Shown here in pieces: positions 29,804 through 40,994 of a stretch of 64,000 nucleotides of DNA; the first letter of the stretch is position 1, and each line of letters starts with the position of its first letter. The stretch is taken from NCBI GenBank assembly GCA_965208615.1, contig CBDBPB010000007.1, positions 224,001 to 288,000 of the forward strand. Reading direction: 5' to 3'. The DNA is from Spirochaetota bacterium. Lineage in GTDB: Bacteria > Spirochaetota > UBA6919 > CBDBPB01. The translations under genes were made by a program, and so were the position numbers. Under the pieces are notes generated by a model. That model was given only the letters and a program-made list of their open reading frames with translations, did no database searches and was not told the origin of the DNA.

Positions 29804-30686
29804 CTTCTTTTTTAGAAGGTTTATTATTTATTTTACTTATTCTATTTTTTATTCTATTTTTTATTCTATGGAAAAACTTATTTTTTTTATTTTTTAATTC
29901 GTCATCCACTATTTGAGTGGAAAGAAAGTTTTTTAGACTAACTTTAAACTTTTGCGGTTTAAGACCATAATATAACATAGCCTCATGAGCAATGGATACA
30001 TTTCCATTTTCTTCGGATACCACTACAATAACTGAATCAGTCTCTTCAGATAGTCCTATAGCGGCTTTATGTCTTGTACCAAATAGTTTTTGTAAATCTG
30101 TTCTCTCAGTAAGGGGTAAGAGGCATCCAGCCGCAGTAATTCTATCAGTTGAGACAATTACCGCTCCATCGTGTATGGGAGAGGATGGGTTAAAAATAGC
30201 TTCAAGGACTTCAGTGGATAAAATTGAATCAATTTCTATACCTTTTTCTACAATTCCCTGTAGTCCAGTTTTTTTAGTAAATACAATAAGTGCCCCTATA
30301 CGTTTTTCTGAAAACTTATACACTAAAGGAGGTATTATTTGTAATATTTGAGAAATCTCTGGTTCACTACGTCTAAAAATATTACCAACTGCAGTATTCT
30401 CACCAAGTTTCATAATAATTCGTCTAAGTTCGTTTTGAAAAATGATAATTAAGGCAATAGCGGCTACTTCTAGTCCTCTTTCAAAGAGCCATACAAAAGT
30501 ATTAAGCTCTAAAAACTTGCCTATCAAATAGGCCAATAATATAATACCTAATCCCTTTAGAGTTTGTATACTCCTGGTTCTGGCAATGACCTTATAAAGG
30601 GTATATAATATGTATGCAACTATAAAAATATCTACTATAGTTGTAAAATATTGTTTTATATAAAAAAATATAGAGTCTAAATCCAT
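29790..30686 (-). CDS. cdaA: Diadenylate cyclase CdaA
   Basis: Three TM helices, FQNELRR, GALIV, PIHDGA, GTRHKAA and VVSEE. Confidence 0.94.
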   Translation of the reverse strand: MDLDSIFFYIKQYFTTIVDIFIVAYILYTLYKVIARTRSIQTLKGLGIILLAYLIGKFLELNTFVWLFERGLEVAAIALIIIFQNELRRIIMKLGENTAVGNIFRRSEPEISQILQIIPPLVYKFSEKRIGALIVFTKKTGLQGIVEKGIEIDSILSTEVLEAIFNPSSPIHDGAVIVSTDRITAAGCLLPLTERTDLQKLFGTRHKAAIGLSEETDSVIVVVSEENGNVSIAHEAMLYYGLKPQKFKVSLKNFLSTQIVDDELKNKKNKFFHRIKNRIKNRISKINNKPSKKEGEKS

Positions 30687-30717
30687 TTTATAGTTTATCG
30701 TAATCTAATGGTAAAAA

Positions 30718-31611
30718 TTATTTTTCTTTTTTTTCTGTTTTAATAGAATAAGATTTACCATTAGTTTTTAGGTTGATTGTTCCATGAATATCAGTTCTAT
30801 AAACTATAGACTTTAGCGTTTTATATCTACCCAAAACCAAAGGAGAAGGATTATTAATTTTATTTGCCTCACAACTAATAAACACCACTTTTGGACTAAC
30901 CAATTTCAAAAAATCCATAGTGTTTGAGGTATCACTACCCTGATGTGGAGCTTTTATAAATGTTGAACTAAGCTTATCTTTTAACAAAGTGAGTAAATAT
31001 TCTGTTTCTTTTTCTATATCTCCGGTAAAAAGAAAACTAATATCTTTATATATCATTTTAACTACAATAGAGTTTGCATTTGCACTACTATAAGCATTCC
31101 TTATAATTTTATGAGGACTTAATACTTCAAAACTAACATTATCAAAATTAAATATCATCCCTCTTCTAGCGACCCTATACTTAATTTGTTTTTCTTCAAT
31201 CATCTTAAGGGTATTATAATATACTTTAGAGGGATAGGCATATCCAGGGTCAATTATTTTTTTTATTTTTAGCTTTTTTAAAATAGGTATTAAACCGCCA
31301 ATATGGTCGCTATGTGGGTGAGTGATGATATAAAGGTCAATATTTTTAATTTTATGTTTGTTTAAAAAGTAGTGTATGCCTTGTTTTTTTTTAAAAGAAA
31401 AGTAATTATATTTTGATATAGGGCCAGAGTCAATTAATATATTATACTTTTTAAAGATATTTATAAAAATTGCATCACCATTACCCACGTCAACAATATA
31501 TACATTTACTTTTGAGCTATCTACTGGATAGAGCAGATTATTAGAATAGAAAAGTAAAATAACTAATAAAACAAAGGTAAGTTTGTTAGGATAATATAGT
31601 TTATTTAACAT
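30718..31611 (-). CDS. Exported ComEC/Rec2-type metallo-beta-lactamase-fold hydrolase
   Basis: DVGNGD, THPHSDHIGG, FLFTGD and YRTD..G; no ComEC membrane domain. Confidence 0.88.
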   Translation of the reverse strand: MLNKLYYPNKLTFVLLVILLFYSNNLLYPVDSSKVNVYIVDVGNGDAIFINIFKKYNILIDSGPISKYNYFSFKKKQGIHYFLNKHKIKNIDLYIITHPHSDHIGGLIPILKKLKIKKIIDPGYAYPSKVYYNTLKMIEEKQIKYRVARRGMIFNFDNVSFEVLSPHKIIRNAYSSANANSIVVKMIYKDISFLFTGDIEKETEYLLTLLKDKLSSTFIKAPHQGSDTSNTMDFLKLVSPKVVFISCEANKINNPSPLVLGRYKTLKSIVYRTDIHGTINLKTNGKSYSIKTEKKEK

Positions 31612-31614
31612 GGC

Positions 31615-32607
31615 TTAGTATAGGGGTATATCTAGGGTGAATAGTACTTTCATTTTGTTCCAATCGAGTTCTGAGAATGATATAGCTAAGTCAAACTTAA
31701 GTTTAACTATTTTAAGAGTAAGCCCTACACCAACATCGCCTCCACCATAGCCTAAATTTATATATAGTTCATTGGGATATTCTTTTGGAGGTTTTAAAAT
31801 ACTTGCCAGATTCTGGTTATCCTTAATTTTTTTTATAGAGTAGTCCATCTTACCCTTTCCTTGCCAGACTCTAAAATATCCTCCTATTCTAAAGATAGCG
31901 CTAGTACTATTGCTGAGATTTTTATCTACTTGAAGGCTAACCTTCCAAGAATCGGATATACTAGTAGATACACCAACTTTTAAAATTCTATCATAATGTA
32001 TTAATTTATCTCTATTAAAAAACTTTTCAATGGTAACTAGGTCCTGGATCATTACTCCAAAGTTCAAGTATGGGATTTGCAATAAAATACCGACATCTAT
32101 ACCGCCTCCGACAGAATATTTACCATTCATATTTTGGTGGATTATTTTAAAGTTTGCTCCAATACGAAGCATTTCACTATTGTCAATTACTTTAGCAATA
32201 GTAAAGTATGTAGAACTGCTATAGTTAACGGTTTGCCCAGTACTATTACCCGAACTATCTATTTTTTTTATATCGTGATAATATAAGAAGTTAGCAGACA
32301 CACCAAAGGCCCATGTACTATCCTCATTGGTGGAGTGGACAAAGGCAAAGTTACCAAAATATTTATTTTTAGGTATTCTTTGGAAGCTCGTTGAAAAGTA
32401 GGACCACTCTAATGATGCTATTCCAGCTGGATTATGATAGAATGTACTCAAATCATCTGCTATAGCCACAAAAGTGTTACCCATTGATGCCGCACGGGTT
32501 CCAATTTGTGGTATAGATCCTGCACCACTACTATCTTTCGAAAAGCTTTTTATAGATGGATATAAAAATATACCCACTAATATTAGTTTAGTTATTAGTT
32601 TTAGCAT
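31615..32607 (-). CDS. PorV/FadL-like outer-membrane beta-barrel protein
   Basis: Signal peptide; GTRAASMGNTFVAIADD...YHNPAG plug motif; alternating beta strands; C-terminal aromatic residue. Confidence 0.75.
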   Translation of the reverse strand: MLKLITKLILVGIFLYPSIKSFSKDSSGAGSIPQIGTRAASMGNTFVAIADDLSTFYHNPAGIASLEWSYFSTSFQRIPKNKYFGNFAFVHSTNEDSTWAFGVSANFLYYHDIKKIDSSGNSTGQTVNYSSSTYFTIAKVIDNSEMLRIGANFKIIHQNMNGKYSVGGGIDVGILLQIPYLNFGVMIQDLVTIEKFFNRDKLIHYDRILKVGVSTSISDSWKVSLQVDKNLSNSTSAIFRIGGYFRVWQGKGKMDYSIKKIKDNQNLASILKPPKEYPNELYINLGYGGGDVGVGLTLKIVKLKFDLAISFSELDWNKMKVLFTLDIPLY

Positions 32608-32617
32608 AATTATTAAC

Positions 32618-32992
32618 TTATTGTATTATTAGTTCGAAATACTTTTCACCACTTGCTGTTCCACTAATTGTAACTTTTGCTCTATATATACCTGGACTTG
32701 GTAATATACCACTATTATTAAGCCCAGACCACTTTAAATTTATTGTATTACCAGAGTTGGGATAATCTTTTGTTCTTGTCCATACTATTTGATTTCTTTG
32801 ATCTTTAACCTCTATTTTTAGAGTAAAATCATCAGTTATACTATTATTTAGAGTTAATCTAAAAGTACCCTCTCCATTAGGTATGTTATAGGGATTGGGA
32901 TAAATATAAAAGTCACTAATTATATTATCATCATCCGTACAAGCAAATGTAAGAGTTAATAATGTTATTAGTATTAGTTTTAATATTTTCAT
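32618..32992 (-). CDS. Small lipoprotein with a FlgD-Ig / T9SS-CTD-like domain
   Basis: Lipobox TFAC; YIYPNPY...WSG.N..G...PGIY pattern. Confidence 0.7.
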   Translation of the reverse strand: MKILKLILITLLTLTFACTDDDNIISDFYIYPNPYNIPNGEGTFRLTLNNSITDDFTLKIEVKDQRNQIVWTRTKDYPNSGNTINLKWSGLNNSGILPSPGIYRAKVTISGTASGEKYFELIIQ

Positions 32993-33041
32993 TTATTTTG
33001 CTACGCCAGTATCTTGTAAAAGAGAGTGTTAATCTCTTAGG

Positions 33042-34118
33042 TCATGTTTTTTTAGAGTGCTTTTTTTGTAAATAGTATATCATAAGGCCTCCAAATAATG
33101 CCAGTGGTATACTAAGGTATTGTCCCATTGTTAAAAAGGACTGATCTGGGCTTACTGCCTGATATTCTTTAAAGAACTCCACAATAAATCTTAATGTAAA
33201 ATATAAACATATTAGCGTATATAATATTACACCATCGGCTAAAACTTTTCTTTTTTTCTTAAAAAGATAAAATAATGTGGAAAAAATAATTAATCCCATA
33301 ATCATTTCGTATATTTGACTGGGATGTCTTACTATAAGGTCAGTGGGAAGGTTTTCAAACTTATTAGTTTTGTAGTTGTATAAGTTTTTATAGTCATAAA
33401 ATAGGAATGTTACTCCCCAGGATATTTTAGTAGTTATTTTTCCTACTATTTCTGAGTTTATAAAGTTACCCAGGCGTATAAACATAGTACCAAAGGCTAT
33501 TGGTATTGATACTATATCAGTTATAACATAGAACTTTACTTTATGAACACGGCTAAATATATAGCTACCTAAGAATAAGCCAATAGCCGCACCATGACTA
33601 GCTATTCCACCTTGCCAAACCATTAATATTGCTTTTGGATTATTTAAATAATAGCTTTGTTTATCCATAAAAACGTTTATCATGTCGTAAAATACAACGT
33701 GAACTACTCTAGCACCTATTATTATACCTAAAACTAGGTATATAACAAAGCTATCCACTTTATTGTAATCGAGTTTTCTTGCACTAAATAGGTAATACAA
33801 GAAAAACATACCGAAGATTACCGATGATGCAAATAGTGCACCATAATATCTAATTTCGAGTTTAGTATTCATAGGGCTTAGTGCAAGGAGTACAAAGCCT
33901 ATTAGCAAGCCGATTATGGAGTAAGATACGAGATCTTTTAGAGTTGGTTTTTTTATAGTCTTATATTTTTTTATTTTTATTTTTGATAAGAGTATTTTGA
34001 TAGTATATATTATTGCAATTACTGCGGCTATATATATTAAGTCAAAGGGTAGAAAGTCGAATTTTAGTGGAATATTAACCATTGTTGGATCAATATCATT
34101 TATAAAAATTGGTTTCAC
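33042..34118 (-). CDS. lgt: Prolipoprotein diacylglyceryl transferase
   Basis: IRYYG, GARVVHV, GGIASHG, RLGNFINSE, HPSQIYE, RFIVEFFK and MGQYLS. Confidence 0.94.
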   Translation of the reverse strand: MKPIFINDIDPTMVNIPLKFDFLPFDLIYIAAVIAIIYTIKILLSKIKIKKYKTIKKPTLKDLVSYSIIGLLIGFVLLALSPMNTKLEIRYYGALFASSVIFGMFFLYYLFSARKLDYNKVDSFVIYLVLGIIIGARVVHVVFYDMINVFMDKQSYYLNNPKAILMVWQGGIASHGAAIGLFLGSYIFSRVHKVKFYVITDIVSIPIAFGTMFIRLGNFINSEIVGKITTKISWGVTFLFYDYKNLYNYKTNKFENLPTDLIVRHPSQIYEMIMGLIIFSTLFYLFKKKRKVLADGVILYTLICLYFTLRFIVEFFKEYQAVSPDQSFLTMGQYLSIPLALFGGLMIYYLQKKHSKKT

Positions 34119-34530
34119 TTAAATAACCTCTTAATTTTTTAATAAAGCTTTATACTATTCACAAGTTTTATATGTACGTTTACTATTCTACAAAGATATA
34201 TGTTAGATATTTAAATTTATTACAGACTAACATAATAGATTTAGTTTTTTTATTATACATATTGATATGTATAACATACATATTATTATAAAATATATTG
34301 TTTAGTATAAAGTCAAGCTATAAATTTATTATTTTTATTTTTTAGTGTTTTATTAAAATTTAGTATTCTAAGGTTATTTTTTAATTGATTTTAATACTTA
34401 ATTAATAAAAAAAATTATTTAATTAAAAAGTATACCCCTTTTGCTATAAGAGTTGTATATTATTTAATATTACGTATATTTTATGTTGTTATGGGGTTCA
34501 TATATTGGTGAATAAACCGTTAAACATTAA

Positions 34531-35937
<1,407 letters not shown>

Positions 35938-35997
35938 CTATTGACTAAATAAAATATTACTATATCTTTAATGATAAAGCTCAAATTTATTGTATTT

Positions 35998-36024
35998 GGG
36001 AGTCGTTAGTGCGACTCTTTTTTT
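35998..36024 (+). promoter_or_regulatory. rimP-leader terminator/attenuator-like hairpin
   Basis: gggagtcg-ttagtg-cgactctt followed by a T-run, between a TTGACT promoter (35941) and rimP. Confidence 0.7.
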
Positions 36025-36056
36025 AATGATTTTAGTTATAGTAATTAAAGATAAAT

Positions 36057-36509
36057 ATGGTAATTAAAGATAAAAAGGAAGACTATGAAGATGAATTAGA
36101 GAATTTTTTAGCTGAAAATGGATATAAACTAGTCGACTTTAAAAATATAAAAATAAAAACTTCTATTCATCTAAAAATTACCATTGACAAAGATGGAAAG
36201 GTTGGTCATAAGGATTGTCAGAAAATAGGAAAACTACTAGAAGAATTTACAAAGATGGTCGGAATAGACGAAGGCTATAGTTCAGAAATATCATCACCAG
36301 GTATAAATAGACAACTAAAAAGTTTAAGAGAATTAAATATTTTTAGGGGAAGAAAGGTACTGCTGACCTATGAAGAGGATTATAAAACTAAAAAAGTGCT
36401 AGGCCAACTTAAAAAAAGTAATTTAGAAAAAGTTATTTTATTAGTTGAGGCACAAAACGAAAAATCATTCCAAGTAGATAATATCAAAAAAATATTACTA
36501 TTTAATTAA
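36057..36509 (+). CDS. rimP: Ribosome maturation factor RimP
   Basis: DCQKI and EISSPGINRQL; first gene of the nusA-infB operon. Confidence 0.9.
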   Translation: MVIKDKKEDYEDELENFLAENGYKLVDFKNIKIKTSIHLKITIDKDGKVGHKDCQKIGKLLEEFTKMVGIDEGYSSEISSPGINRQLKSLRELNIFRGRKVLLTYEEDYKTKKVLGQLKKSNLEKVILLVEAQNEKSFQVDNIKKILLFN

Positions 36510-36524
36510 TTGGAGGGTAAAGAG

Positions 36525-37973
36525 ATGTCTGCATCTATCGCAGAAGCGGTGAGACAGCTGGTTCATAATAAAGGCATTTCAGAAGACCTTATTTTACAAA
36601 CAGTAGAAGATATTCTTATTGTTGCCTATAAAAAGAAGTTTGGGACTAATGAAAACGTTGTTACTAAAATAAATGAAGAAAAAGGTGAGGTATCTCTTTT
36701 TGCCAGAAAGATAGTTGTGGATGAGGTGGATGACGATATATTAGAGATTAGCTTAGAAGAGGCAAAAAAAGGTAATAGTGACTGTGAGATAGATGATGAG
36801 GTTTTAGTTGAGATAATGCCTTCTGATCTTGGTAGAATTGCGGCTCAAACCGCAAGGCAAATTGTTTTTCAAAGACTTAAAGAAATTGAGAAAAATATTA
36901 TTTATAGCGAGTATGTACAAAAAAAAGGTCAAATTATTACCGGATTTTATCAGAGGGAGAAAAATGGTCATATTTTCGTTGATATTGGAAGAACTGAGGC
37001 AATTCTATTGCGTGCAGAACAATCCCCTAAGGAAGTATTTGCTGTTGGAGAAAGAATAAAAGCTATTGTGCTAGATGTGCAAAATAGTCGTAAGGGTGCT
37101 CAGGTTATTTTATCTAGAACCAGTCCACTTTTTGTTCAGCGTTTGTTTGAGTTTGAGGTTCCAGAGATTGTTGACGGTGTGATACAGGTAAAGTCTATAG
37201 TTAGGGATCCTGGTTATAGAACCAAGATTGCAGTATCGTCCCTTGATATTGATCCAGTTGGTGCATGCGTTGGAATGAAGGGTATGAGAATACAAATGAT
37301 TGTCAAAGAGCTAGAAGGAGAAAGAATAGATATTATTAGGCATAATGACAATATAAGAGATTATATAGCTAATGCTTTGTCTCCTGCTAAAATTGAGCAG
37401 GTTGTGGTTTTGAATGAAGCTAATAAAGAGGCTTTGGCTGTAGTTGGTGATAATCACCTTTCTTTAGCTATAGGAAAATTGGGACAAAATGTTAGGCTTG
37501 CGGCTAAACTTACTGGATGGAATATCGATATTAAGACTGAGTCTGAGTTTAAAGACCTTGATTATCAGGATGAGTCTAAGCGAATAGCAGAAGATCTCTT
37601 TGTAGACAATGAAAGTGAATATCATGATTTGTCTGAACTAGAAGAACTAGATAAAGAAACTATTACTTTATTAAAAGAAAAAGGAATTTCCTATTTAGAA
37701 GAGCTAGTTGAGGTGTCGAAAGAAGAGCTTTCTATGATAGATGGGATTGACGAAGAAAAAGCTAATGCTATTTTAAATATTATTAAAGAGAATATAGTAG
37801 TTTTGGGTGATGAAGAGGAAACTAATAAGGATGCTTTAAAAGAAACTCAGGAAGACACTGTTGAAGATAGTAAAGAGGATGATGACTATAACTATTATTG
37901 TCCAGAGTGTAATACAGAACTTGAGTTGGGTATGAATAAGTGTCCTGGATGTGAAATAGAAATAGAATTTTAA
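36525..37973 (+). CDS. nusA: Transcription factor NusA with C-terminal HhH and Zn-ribbon extension
   Basis: GRIAAQTARQ, S1/KH motifs (DPVGACVG, AIGKLGQNVRLA) and CPEC...CPGC; ATG at 36525 follows GGAGG. Confidence 0.96.
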   Translation: MSASIAEAVRQLVHNKGISEDLILQTVEDILIVAYKKKFGTNENVVTKINEEKGEVSLFARKIVVDEVDDDILEISLEEAKKGNSDCEIDDEVLVEIMPSDLGRIAAQTARQIVFQRLKEIEKNIIYSEYVQKKGQIITGFYQREKNGHIFVDIGRTEAILLRAEQSPKEVFAVGERIKAIVLDVQNSRKGAQVILSRTSPLFVQRLFEFEVPEIVDGVIQVKSIVRDPGYRTKIAVSSLDIDPVGACVGMKGMRIQMIVKELEGERIDIIRHNDNIRDYIANALSPAKIEQVVVLNEANKEALAVVGDNHLSLAIGKLGQNVRLAAKLTGWNIDIKTESEFKDLDYQDESKRIAEDLFVDNESEYHDLSELEELDKETITLLKEKGISYLEELVEVSKEELSMIDGIDEEKANAILNIIKENIVVLGDEEETNKDALKETQEDTVEDSKEDDDYNYYCPECNTELELGMNKCPGCEIEIEF

Positions 37974-38083
37974 CTATAATAATATATAATTTTTAATGTG
38001 TGTTGAGTTATTATGTAAGTTATTTTATATTTAATTAATAAGAAAAAAATAAATACAGCTGAATATAGACTCAGGAATTATTC

Positions 38084-40583
38084 ATGAAAGTTTACGAGTT
38101 ATCAAAAAGGTTTAATCTGTCTAATAATGATATGATAAAAGTAATTAAAAATTTAGAGATTCAAGCAGAAAAAGGTGTTAACTCTTTTACCTCTCTAACT
38201 ACTAAAGAAATAAGAGTTGTAGAAAGGCATCTTGAGCTAAAGCAAAAGACTAAAAAAAAGCCAGTAAGCAAAAAAAGTCAAGCTCCACAGGAACACGGGA
38301 AAGTTTTAATTGTTAAAAAAGGTGAAAAAGAGAACTATAAAGAAAAACAAGTTAAGAAAGTACACCTTAAAAGTAAAGTAGAGAATGAAAAAATACCTGA
38401 AAAGACTATTGAGAAGGAATTACCATTAGCTCCACGAAAGGTGGGTTGTTAGAAGAAAAAAGGTTAAACCAGATGAGGCCAAGAAAAAACCTAAAGTAGA
38501 AAAAGAACTATTAAAGGATAATAGTAGTATAGCTAATAAGAAGGATAATGCCTATGTTAACAAATCAGTTGTCAACACAAAAAAACAAGATAAGGTATTT
38601 CCAAAGCATGATAAGAGTAAATTTACCGATAATAAGAAAAAAGATCCTATTCATATTAGTAAAAGTAAAAAGGTTAAACGAGATTTTACTAAAAAAGATG
38701 TAAAAAAACGAGATGACTGGAAGAAGAAAGGTGGAAAACGAAAAATATATACTAATGACTATAGAGATAAGGCTATAGGAAAGGGGTTTTCTAGAAAACC
38801 TAAGCCTAAAGAGGTTTTACCTTCTTCTATACCAAAACGTATTGAGGTTATGGATACTATTACTATTTCTGATTTGGCTAAAAAGTTAAATATTAAAGCA
38901 AGTGAAATTATAGTAAAGCTTCTTAGTTGGGGAACAGTAGCTACTATTAATCAGATTATTGACTCTGATACTGTAAGCCTGGTTACTAATGAGTATAATT
39001 GTGAAACTAAGATTGTATCTCTTTATGATGAGACGGTTATTGATGAGTTAAAAGATAAAGAAGAGGATTTAAAAGATCGTCCGCCTATTGTAACGGTTAT
39101 GGGTCATGTTGATCATGGTAAGACAAAACTTCTTGATTCTATCCGAGAAGCTGATGTTGCTGGTACAGAGAGTGGGGGTATAACTCAGCATATTGGTGCC
39201 TATGAAATCGCTACAGCAAAGGGAAAGGTAGTTTTTTTAGATACGCCGGGTCATGAGGCTTTTACTGCAATGAGAGCAAGGGGTGCAAAGATAACTGATA
39301 TTGTTGTCTTGGTGGTGGCCGCAGACGATGGTGTTATGCCACAGACTATTGAGGCTATTAATCATGCTAAAGAGGCAAGCGTACCTATTGTTGTTGCCAT
39401 AAACAAGATTGACTCTCCTAATGCCAATTCTGATAGAGTTAGACAGCAGTTGGCAGATTATGACCTCATACCCGAGGAGTGGGGCGGAAAGTTTATTATG
39501 GTTGAGGTTAGTGCTTTAAAGAAAATGAATTTAGAAAAGCTTATTGAGGCCATTCTTTTAGAGGCTGAGCTTTTGGAGTTAAAAGCTAACCCCAATAGGC
39601 CTGCTGGAGGGACTATTGTTGAGTCTAAGATTGATATTGGTAGAGGACCTGTAGCTACTGTATTAGTCCAAGCAGGTACTCTTAAGGTGGGGGATTCTTT
39701 TGTATCTGGAGTTTATTCTGGACGAGTTAGAGCATTATTTAACTATAAGGGTCAGATAGTAGATAAGGCTACGCCGTCATGTCCTGTAGAGGTTTTAGGC
39801 CTAGACGGTGTTCCTAAGGCTGGTGATCCTTTTAATGTGGTGGATGATGATAAAATTGCCAGACAATATTCTCAAAAGCGTCAGGAACTGCATCGCGTAG
39901 AAAAGGCAAAGCTTGTTAAAAAGGTTACTTTAGATGACTTATCTCGGCAGATAAATTCTGGGGAGATAAAAGAACTTAAGATTATCCTTAAAGGTGATGT
40001 ACAGGGTAGTATAGAGGCTCTTAAAGATGCATTTGTAAAGCTATCAAACAGTGAGATTGGTGTTAAGGTTATACATAGCTCTACTGGAGCCATTAATGAG
40101 AATGATATAATGTTAGCAAGTGCATCTAACGCTATTATTATTGGTTTTCATGTTCGTCCTAATAATAAGGCATTACTGCTTGCTCAGAGGGAGCATGTTG
40201 AAATTATAAGACACTCTATTATATATGATGCTATTAATAGCATTAAGAGGGCTATGGAAGGCTTATTAGACCCTGAACTAAAAGAAGAAATTACTGGTCA
40301 GGCAGAAGTAAGAGAGTTATTTAGGGTTCCAAAAGTTGGAGTTATTGCTGGCTGTTATGTTAGTTATGGAAAAATTCTTAAGAGTAATAAAGTTAGGATT
40401 ATTCGTGACTCTATAGAGGTTTATGAAGGCGATATTCTTGCTCTTAAGCGTTTTAAAGATGATGTAACTGAGGTAAAAGAGCAGTTTGAGTGTGGTATTT
40501 CTATTAAAAACTTCAATGACTTTAAAGTTGGTGATGTTATTGAAGGATTCTTTATTAAAGAGACTTCTAAGACTATAAGCTAA
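38084..40583 (+). CDS. infB: Translation initiation factor IF-2, interrupted by a +1 frameshift near 38443-38445
   Basis: The MKVYEL N-terminus (38084-38452) and the G-domain ORF ([17 protein letters not shown]) join into one frame of about 832 aa if one G is removed from gtgggtt. The +1 frame has no stops from 38445 to 38850. Confidence 0.93.
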
Positions 40584-40612
40584 TAGTCTTATGTTGTGAT
40601 TAGGCGGTTAAA

Positions 40613-40984
40613 ATGGTTTATTATAGAGATAAAAGAACTGCTAGCCTACTTAAGAAAGAAATAAGTCGTTTATTGTTAAGAGAGGTTAAGGATCCTCGTA
40701 TTACTGGGCTTATTACTGTTACTGATGTTGTTGTTTCGAAGGACTTAAAGGTTGCTACTGTTTATATTAGTATTTTGGGGGATAAAAAGACTATTGAAGA
40801 TAGTTTAGCTGGTTTAAGCAGTTCTAGGGGATATATTAAAACTTGTTTAGCTAAGGTTCTTCATATGAAGTATATGCCAGATATTCGCTTTAAAGAGGAT
40901 TACTCTTTAAAAAAAGGTGCAGAACTGTATAATAAACTAAATAAACTAAAACTGGAAAGCAAAAATAAAGAAATAAAAGAATGA
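40613..40984 (+). CDS. rbfA: Ribosome-binding factor A
   Basis: VKDPRI, VSKDLKVATVY and PDIRF..D; operon position. Confidence 0.95.
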   Translation: MVYYRDKRTASLLKKEISRLLLREVKDPRITGLITVTDVVVSKDLKVATVYISILGDKKTIEDSLAGLSSSRGYIKTCLAKVLHMKYMPDIRFKEDYSLKKGAELYNKLNKLKLESKNKEIKE

Positions 40985-40994
40985 CTATATATAA

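Noticed and set aside
30718-31611. Complete ComEC DNA-uptake channel
   Set aside because: Only the MBL domain is present; the multi-TM competence domain is missing.
36510-36524. In-frame rimP-nusA junction with a TTG start at 36510
   Set aside because: The segment contains the GGAGG RBS for the ATG at 36525, so it is an ordinary intergenic spacer.
38084-38452. The 122-aa ORF as an independent gene
   Set aside because: It begins with the IF2 N-terminal motif (MKVYEL) and joins infB by a single-base frame correction.
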